From: Tetramitus jugosus
Taxonomy: Eukaryota > Protista > Heterolobosea
DNA: 64,000 nucleotides
Reading direction: 5' to 3'
Assembly (NCBI GenBank): GCA_937625935.1
Contig: OW569345.1
Coordinates: 186,001 to 250,000, forward strand
The position numbers and the translations under genes were made by a program. Below, piece by piece: positions 59,501 to 64,000 of this stretch (position 1 is its first letter; each line of letters opens with the position of its first letter). The notes below the pieces were generated by a model. It had not been told where the DNA came from and ran no database searches. It saw only the letters and a list, made by a program, of their open reading frames with translations.

Positions 59501-62500
59501 GAGCGCTCGAGGGATGGATCCTTCCGGGACATGGCGCTTTCCAGATTTGCTTGACGACATTCTCCTCTTCTTCACTAGACGTCAAAGATATTTTGTCATC
59601 ATCTACTATTCCATACCTTTCCTTGATCCACCTTCATGAATTTGAATCAGAAGTAGATGTTGCCACTGCAGTAGAAGCTTATTTCCAAAGAAAGGATGTC
59701 TCGCTACTTATTGTACAATGTGATATGAATTTGAATTCATTGAAGAGAGTCCAGTACCTGAAGTATATTTGTGAGAAGAATCGAGCATTGTCTGATTCTA
59801 ATTTAGTCAAGCACATTCTACTAATTACTCATATTCGACCTTGTAACCAAGACATGAGGTTTAGTATCGACTTCGATGCTTCATGGCGCTATGTCTTTAT
59901 AGATGAATTGAGAGAGATACAACCACCGATTGATTCTATAATTCGGAGTTCCTTGTCAGATCATTGTGACAACGTGAATTTGAGACACACGGTGAAGTTG
60001 AATTTTAGAACGTCCATATCTCTGCTCAGATATCGTGATCAAGAAAAGATCGATCATGTGACTCGAAGAATCAAACATGTATCTGAACTTCTCAACAATG
60101 ATGAGTTTTGGAATGCTGTGCAACCCAGATTACGTAGTATTTTGTTGCGTTGTTTCTCTACAGAACGAAAGAACATGTGGAGTCATCATGTAGCACAGTA
60201 TGCACAGAAGTACTTTTTACTCGCAGAGAATTTTTATTCAGCATTATCATTCTGTGTCACTAGAATGATTATCAAGGCATTTGCTCTCTTGCTAGCTGAT
60301 ATAGATAGGAACAATAATCTGATTTTGTTTGGCGAAAACGCATTAGATGCTGACATGTCACGTTTGTGGCTCCATCTATTCGAAAACTTGAAGGTGCCTG
60401 ACTCTTCGGTTGCATTTGGTAATAGAGACCGTTTAGAGATGCAAATTGTTGATGTACCAAGTCACGGAATTTCTCCATCCTTCTCGGTATCATTTCCCTT
60501 CAGCTATGTTGTTTGCCGCATCATGAACAAACTTCGAACCGTTTTTGACTGTTCGACCTCAAAATCAGGCAGGAGTAATGCCTTCATCCAGCATGTTTTA
60601 GCTCTCAACCTATTTAACAATATTCCAGGCAGGTACGTGTATCTATATATGCGCGACTATATTCAGATGTATGGAACTTTTCATTCGCAATTGGAGCTAG
60701 AAACTCAAATTATTCTTAAAATGTTGGAAATTGCGGGTACTACTTCTGTTGCGGAAGCCCAGAAATTGTATTGGGAGCAAGAGCGAAGATTACAATCCTA
60801 TTTCAAAATATTTGAGGCATTCCCAAAAGTTGTCGACAGATTTTTACCCATTTTGCAGCTCAAAAACTATGGAGATGTGGGTGAAGATGCTTGTATTGAA
60901 AATGTTGATGTTTTGTTGTTTAAGGTTGTGTACAATGAGATAGATCCTTTGAGACATACCCACTCAGAGAATCAAAAAGTAGAATGGCTTCAATATCTTT
61001 CCGATATTATTGCGCCAGTCGAGGATCTATTGTCTCAACTACCCGAAGATATTAATGGTGTGAGCAAGATGATTAAGGAAACATGGTCCAAATTATTACT
61101 CTTTAGGGATGCTATGATCCAAATAGTGATACCCTTGGGAATCATTCCTGAGATATCAATCCAACTCTGGAGGAACATAAGACCCAATGATTGCAAATTA
61201 GGATCATCCACTGCACTGTACACTACCCTACACTTCCTAACTTTAGTGTACAAAGTATCTCGCAATCCAAGTGTTGCAAATCACTTCTTTGAAACATTTA
61301 TTCGCGAATATTTTGTCCCATCCATCATCACAGAGGAAATGTCTCAAGCAGATTTTGACTTGCTCTTGAAAATTGTAACAAATAGAATCGAAGAAGATCA
61401 ACTGAAGATTATTGTGCAGGATGACTTAAGGTGTGCCGTGTTAGGAAAACTACTCAATAGTGACTATAAGCGACAAACTTTAGCTTATGTGAAAAAAGTG
61501 TGTGTGAATGAAATGATTCAGAGCTTACCAGTTGCTTCCAACCATAACGATATGGTAACATGCATATTCCTAACAGTTAATGACACTGCAATATTGCACA
61601 AGTTAGTGACTGATCGTGACATTTCATCTCTCACGAGTCAACTTACTCGAATCACTCCATCTATCTTGGATGTCTCACAGTGGAATTCAGACACGATTCT
61701 CAAGAACCTCCAAGTAATTTCCTTAATTCGAGTAATTATAGCTGTGTTTGTTGATTGGTTAGTAGTCAGTGTGGATGATTCCACTCCACTACGTGACATG
61801 AGTCAATTCTCATCTGCCATTACAAAGTTGCTCGAGACAAACTCGCTTTCATTTTTGAAAGATGTAGCCCTGAGACTTGTGGCTCAGAGAAAAGGCTTAC
61901 CTTTCTTGCAACAGAAATTTGCCCGATCAGAGACGGTTCAAAAACTATTGCCCTGGCTTGGTCAGCATTTGATCGATCTGAATTTAGTTGAGACCTCTGT
62001 GCACAAGGTACTATTCTTTAAACTTGGTGGATTTGCTTCCATTTCAAAGTCATTCGCTCGGCTGTTGAGAATGCCATTTAACGTCAACTCTCGCAATATG
62101 TTCGAGCAAGTGTTTGACACTGGACTCAGACACAATGTCAACGCCTTTAAAAAGTTGTCATTCCTTGCGCTGTTTGATCAGGCATTTATGAGTAAGATGA
62201 CACCCAGTTCGGAACCAAATATTCAAAATCGAATACAACTGTTCACAACATTTGTCATCGGAAATGTGTACAGCCACAAGGAAAAGGAGGTTCTAACATC
62301 ATTTTTTGATGGCAAAGTTGAGGAGGGGGTCGAATTCTTCTCGTTCAACAAGCCGAGATCATCGGACGATGTTGGCCTACTGTATGTCATTGGTCATATT
62401 ATCAGTATAGCAATTAACAATAAGGAGATCGATAATGGAATTTGGAGCATTCTGTTTAGCGAGCATGAGGACATCATCTCTAATTTATTCCTGCCCACAA

Positions 62501-64000
62501 TGAATGATACTGATATTGACTTACTTTTTAACTCAACTCGTGGTCAGTGGTATCAATGCGAGAATGGACACCCCTATCTGGTTGATTTGTGTGGAGCACC
62601 AATGGAGAAATCCTTCTGTCCTCAATGCGGTGCAGAGATTGGTGGAAGAGATCATAATTTACCAGATTCAAATTCTCGAGCAACTATCGAAAGAATCAAA
62701 GGATACAAATATCATGGTTTGAATACTTACGCTGACATCCACTCAACGATTCGTGGTTTGTCTCCAGTGTCCTTCAGACTAATAAGAATCATCATTCACG
62801 CTCTTTTGCTAGTGCGATATGCCAGTAACTCGGTTACAAATAATGAACACAATCGCACCACATATTTCCTCGATCACTTGAGGAGAGACTGGAGTGTATT
62901 GCACAAGATAATCGGATACAACGAAGAAAAAATGGGAATTTTAGTGTTCCATATTCTAGAAACGTATGCGTATCATGCAGGAATCAAGTACAACAATTTG
63001 AGAGCTGAATGTCAAAATAAGAGAAGACCAATTCCAAACTCATTTGATTACTTGAGAACATTCAACGGGTGTGTGCTATGGGAGAGTGACTTCCAGTATA
63101 GTGTAAATCGAGTACTGGATAATGCAGAGCTGAAATTTAAGAGTTATTATGATGACCTGGGCAACAATAGTCAATTTATCCGTGTGATGAATAGCAACAA
63201 ACAAGCAACTATCTTGCCATTGAACTCCTATGAATCTGAATTCTGGTCATATTCACTTCCCAACAGCAATCAGTACATGCTCTTCAAGTCAGAGTTTATG
63301 CGTCACAAGGACAATGAACAACTGTATCCGCTATTATATTTGTTTTTGAAACATGAGAAGCAGTTGTATTCGACAAGATACATTGCTCATGTTGTAAAAT
63401 GGCAAAAGACATTGTGTTCATTTGCTAGTCGAAAGATTGATCAACATTATGCAAGGACTCAAACAGTTCGAAACATGATAGACCAGTTTCCTTCACAGAA
63501 GGAACGAAGAGAATTGGGACTAATATTTAATGGATTTGCCGCTGCGTTCAATTCTTCGATGAAGAATATTAGTCATTTCAAATGCCAACAAATTCCAAAG
63601 CAAATTCAAGAACTCAAGATGGGATTGGATGCACCACTTATTTATGGCATTCCATCTGAGGAAAATGAGAGTATTTGCTCTCTTGGTCTGCTTGAATGGC
63701 TCGTCCAGGTGCACAACAACATTGTATATCGTGTCAATGAGCTCATGACAAAGACATTGAAAACAGCAAAGAAACTGAGCAAGAGCAATGCTAACATTCG
63801 AATGGCAAGACACCTCCCTTCTAAAATATCCACAAAATATGTGTCACAACATCAATTGATCGTGTTTAACAAGGAGGAACTCGCGCGTGAGATTGAATCA
63901 GCAATCACTCATGACAATAACCAAAATGTGCGATATGACTTGGAAAGGATTGAACAGTTTATTTTCACCAGGTACATCAGTGGAAAGCCGCTGATTGATG
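50545..64000 (+). CDS. RNF213 (mysterin)-like giant AAA+/RZ-finger E3 ligase, 3'-partial (>4480 aa)
   Basis: Frame from ATG 50545 to the window end (absent from the ORF track, consistent with no stop in the window); spot-translated motifs all lie in this frame: PGAGKT (55891-55908), PVLVIGETGIGKT (57049-57072), LVYRV..MPESL, SAVSLRDVKR, PIFIVGNPGSSKSLA, GLRDFYSMVK, RHLMLLT, LYESLYD, PLLNRFEK, RZ finger (62548-62655), C-terminal GKPLI. Confidence 0.92.
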   Translation, partial: MKRSPVQNKNPVHINSTVDEIDTDDESETSNGDVMRTNNHVDFGAAMNHDFDESSSLLIDTDDDEEDEFDHEYEVDYEDEFEDTEFFDRKGYVFDHLHLQQQQHQHQIDDIYFHNRFLKPTKNRSNSSRHSPHDDLFMYDEKFLSDSSECEDQNNEDDIERYRTTTRTANQQLNSGSVSNGGRMGSGASSNKTAGMSNSMNTLIQSAIFMEETSDFTDMFTPHSNMSAMTGASSIMANNNNDNNNEWPSSSLYNGMTDSLTTSSSITTVTTTSSNGGSHNASSSSSTMVKKKKRSKFVFNVIIPCVIWKSLDQVSYHHSMHTHSPSPSSPQTDRYLFAVYVNIYDYCSNPSTVSTTYDSGAHQDTGSSYVWHRKKRIQMRRPDPKGFPDIWRCEAKLPFRSEFQYSYSIKSSPHDHAELGESHNSQFSVMSLTSTMIDVSSFRSDFVVEERRKRSCAPEKYDIFVVDRDTKKRLRLSSSNPLRLLHLSNQPLEPLRLYLEFLLKEWSKQNDSSIFSNCSISDFLTSNFYLVWGRRWTKDLSKYELDDVAAFPIVKEAIVSFARSVRLSFLDSVVICCIIGQLPRKQQSLSKDMTYSIIRGLASKEGHQYSASNKLEDQLADVRHMSWFQTGLSFLFEGTKELVDAFILLGCAPYVSDTRVAISAHLLEQYEEAELERAFNEAVQWLREFGGLAMECRGLWSYCLVLSELILHAPTYLVLKTFLCSELDQDQTLQITEIACSAFMNKLKMSRREKTNEEIRYIADIVQYHAAFQNQNVVIELLRSGSLANVDPMKIVEIIGYCDTSAKDQSYRQDHAFNIIHNWCLEVFKRRNILFKSFRDFANFIGRMIESKFFKGHEMVLLDDAILSFIDKEDRDLITSIAGVFRDTDGHLRSFLLDMARRVIRRGMKDTSGLEQLLKAVNSMGDAYLKDKLLDQIVKESNIDISYESLLTDRKWYLFLRDIKMTSLITDELKQMFELAHDRCRELVALVSSGRIQLKIVKLLISDPTSTFELLRESGMTEDKLSRLKSDVDRFYHRLNTVQSYLMMFENDRIALVNRIIDVRKNMLDSTLSDLMNFVDTRVEITDEDLDWFYELRRSELFLNLWNEVRTSIKFTTDSKMMENIRWKWSNTFHLLDQSQIAYSDLERIVLMLTSEKFEQELLLLKKTNTEGNQGSDEDLEWCAEKSHLLSAFKQLYLYNSYSPVVKLIISHTMYNFVLDVSQSEEYKRLGETIEFNGRNSKLSQQFISDKLESIASSFSVGIDQLKFLVLLCQDTGLLDWLISYRSDNEFIGLINVCRSFTDSARHLETLSSLEIIRSVLLPIISPRTPFATMSEFQKVLRELAVDDNIVTHMKNLQRNFLKLKKVFEERTRSPGIQALYDVEEIVQRGQYIFKCTHYDHIVTCRVEGCDELKTIDTLIALRNNLMLTEVPREFKDQDIGKKISNFAQQIIDLCSIRDVLYALMNMGHFSYQSSFIQQVPSSVGSTQLNVMLNQFKEDRKNWEHMAQEFRESSYFSNMFRMQHLLRLVSLLDDQHQDNTYENPCLDQLYSVLQFPDISLKKDRIVEVARLWVPTRDLLPQNILANLASFLKDLYSSVAFAYRNIPVDDKTIDCSSNNLILFQRLNQNHFCIARSTGIAELFDFVVSLYSHFSRRPAPEELLFCHDATDFEDILIIINRWFRAELNNRQDTTYTIINIHAAPYSVQRRAASYLKKLLRLLEGETDTSCSRLIIAEYVPSYMMTVLSQYVINVHPLSLQTIRRIYQTIPAHATGGLGCYSSSHPGAGKTQTILRNIYTSSKSTKYVRVSLTGQSSSDSLISQIPTDDTGSARSYHLSINASCIACLASDVINTLLFKFLYIGCLRSRRTGDLFYLKFEDGVNVEMPSSAHHLIEEKLFICQRLPKYQIQARKVDFTDEYYTLIPSKVRGLFSIKRAENFKIQYVCKRLHAFDTRTLRFNDYDESSDLPIDHCYELLSRYASRNHETTFSIMHNFVTFAYGQLKTAMKFTALKQTEIYYHVIESIVRMTRAFCSHSIRSIEQKGPPIDFFQYYCSRFNDMKTLSDCAKSLCVFLQDSSGEITGLNLTVGKKMETMDSHNISQQYGFDLEKQFTTWENEENNFKVFEFLRSVAGVFTPAPLPTNYFISSENIKKALIIILRLQYNLPVLVIGETGIGKTELFKYVASVLNLKMHRFNIHSGTKRDDIIEWLELFISNNSARNNADQTLLYFDQINLCNSMDIFKDILCDRALRGYPLPDNLKIVATCSPYRLKDINNVSSGLQQVPSRMCTTQDCMLKKLVYRVYTMPESLMLHVMQFGATKQQTVEKYIRAIMVSELDSKLMEDMNCDLRDQFVEMMYHSQEFVRQLLEESAVSLRDVKRCVRLFNWFVNHLRKRDFSLRDLPTSETTIRDSIILALGHCYYYRLNLNHRKQYCEDKPLMRHFPKFIEVLVREQEEFTKYLILPECVAMNDALRENISVIIVSILNKVPIFIVGNPGSSKSLAMEIISSNFHGKAATSAFLQSFPALEVFNFQCSQSSKEQQLEEAFEAACKHQRNVSSDTVVVLLLNEVGLLEHSPFNPLQVVNKELEEPQISVVGLSNWSLDPSTNSKVICISRPEPTISDLKNTLSAIVSSIQLGSSLYFLAKAYHEVYRCQTRKDFFGLRDFYSMVKFMIRNMHNSLSVDLLVKAVYRNFGGRPEEMRKILSIFCDCMGLDVSTVKALPTTLDMIKENLADSRARHLMLLTRNNAALSILFDQGILAHDQTEVIFGTDFIKDSDIEMHVCTAIQSIRYCMAKGRTVVLVNCEDLYESLYDLFNMQYLSYDGNRYASLVIGTHSKQCVVHEKFRVIIIAEQDHAYRELPSPLLNRFEKQVLLRQAIFEDRHFHLLNKIESWCTSVCPSEDLSSTFIGFHSDMLSSLVLSICHRGSIDEQSFMNKAKSELLWIGTIDGILRAERKKEEGTYLKTYFDEQVHTSLRSFISYVLSEKGALEGWILPGHGAFQICLTTFSSSSLDVKDILSSSTIPYLSLIHLHEFESEVDVATAVEAYFQRKDVSLLIVQCDMNLNSLKRVQYLKYICEKNRALSDSNLVKHILLITHIRPCNQDMRFSIDFDASWRYVFIDELREIQPPIDSIIRSSLSDHCDNVNLRHTVKLNFRTSISLLRYRDQEKIDHVTRRIKHVSELLNNDEFWNAVQPRLRSILLRCFSTERKNMWSHHVAQYAQKYFLLAENFYSALSFCVTRMIIKAFALLLADIDRNNNLILFGENALDADMSRLWLHLFENLKVPDSSVAFGNRDRLEMQIVDVPSHGISPSFSVSFPFSYVVCRIMNKLRTVFDCSTSKSGRSNAFIQHVLALNLFNNIPGRYVYLYMRDYIQMYGTFHSQLELETQIILKMLEIAGTTSVAEAQKLYWEQERRLQSYFKIFEAFPKVVDRFLPILQLKNYGDVGEDACIENVDVLLFKVVYNEIDPLRHTHSENQKVEWLQYLSDIIAPVEDLLSQLPEDINGVSKMIKETWSKLLLFRDAMIQIVIPLGIIPEISIQLWRNIRPNDCKLGSSTALYTTLHFLTLVYKVSRNPSVANHFFETFIREYFVPSIITEEMSQADFDLLLKIVTNRIEEDQLKIIVQDDLRCAVLGKLLNSDYKRQTLAYVKKVCVNEMIQSLPVASNHNDMVTCIFLTVNDTAILHKLVTDRDISSLTSQLTRITPSILDVSQWNSDTILKNLQVISLIRVIIAVFVDWLVVSVDDSTPLRDMSQFSSAITKLLETNSLSFLKDVALRLVAQRKGLPFLQQKFARSETVQKLLPWLGQHLIDLNLVETSVHKVLFFKLGGFASISKSFARLLRMPFNVNSRNMFEQVFDTGLRHNVNAFKKLSFLALFDQAFMSKMTPSSEPNIQNRIQLFTTFVIGNVYSHKEKEVLTSFFDGKVEEGVEFFSFNKPRSSDDVGLLYVIGHIISIAINNKEIDNGIWSILFSEHEDIISNLFLPTMNDTDIDLLFNSTRGQWYQCENGHPYLVDLCGAPMEKSFCPQCGAEIGGRDHNLPDSNSRATIERIKGYKYHGLNTYADIHSTIRGLSPVSFRLIRIIIHALLLVRYASNSVTNNEHNRTTYFLDHLRRDWSVLHKIIGYNEEKMGILVFHILETYAYHAGIKYNNLRAECQNKRRPIPNSFDYLRTFNGCVLWESDFQYSVNRVLDNAELKFKSYYDDLGNNSQFIRVMNSNKQATILPLNSYESEFWSYSLPNSNQYMLFKSEFMRHKDNEQLYPLLYLFLKHEKQLYSTRYIAHVVKWQKTLCSFASRKIDQHYARTQTVRNMIDQFPSQKERRELGLIFNGFAAAFNSSMKNISHFKCQQIPKQIQELKMGLDAPLIYGIPSEENESICSLGLLEWLVQVHNNIVYRVNELMTKTLKTAKKLSKSNANIRMARHLPSKISTKYVSQHQLIVFNKEELAREIESAITHDNNQNVRYDLERIEQFIFTRYISGKPLID

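Noticed and set aside
50590-63833. Many short ORFs suggesting a gene-poor or pseudogenised right end
   Set aside because: They overlap one + frame from 50545 (RNF213-like) that the track omits, consistent with no stop inside the window.

Overview
Gene-dense eukaryotic nuclear DNA (standard code, short GT-AG introns, poly-N/Q/S tracts). It looks like a free-living, flagellum-capable protist; a Heterolobosea-like origin is inference only. About 22 protein genes are present: a partial Nup60/Nup153-like gene, PCCA, an OS-9-like lectin, an MFS transporter, TMEM208, CCZ1, ATG11/FIP200-like, OGG1, an MGL-like hydrolase, an SDR, HMG-CoA reductase fused to ACBP, PIG-U, GAS8, GNL3, AFG3L2-like, APT1-like, a 2417-aa Ig-repeat/vWA adhesin, TRAPPC8, ATP synthase subunit g, and a >4480-aa RNF213-like protein that the ORF track misses because it runs off the window. 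There are also a quinone oxidoreductase pseudogene and three Pol III genes (tRNA-Val-TAC, a solitary 5S rRNA, tRNA-Asn-GTT). Main discovery: 5'-truncated copies of one non-LTR retrotransposon family lie head-to-head 40-46 bp upstream of the tRNA-Val and 5S genes. The two youngest copies have a perfect 15-bp target-site duplication, an A tail and a shared 3' motif, and each sits in front of an older copy. A probable remnant lies upstream of tRNA-Asn. This points to a position-specific, Pol III-gene-targeting LINE analogous to Dictyostelium TRE5. Other notable items: the RNF213-like protein has substituted Walker B motifs and no RING but an intact RZ finger, and the HMGR is a soluble ACBP fusion.
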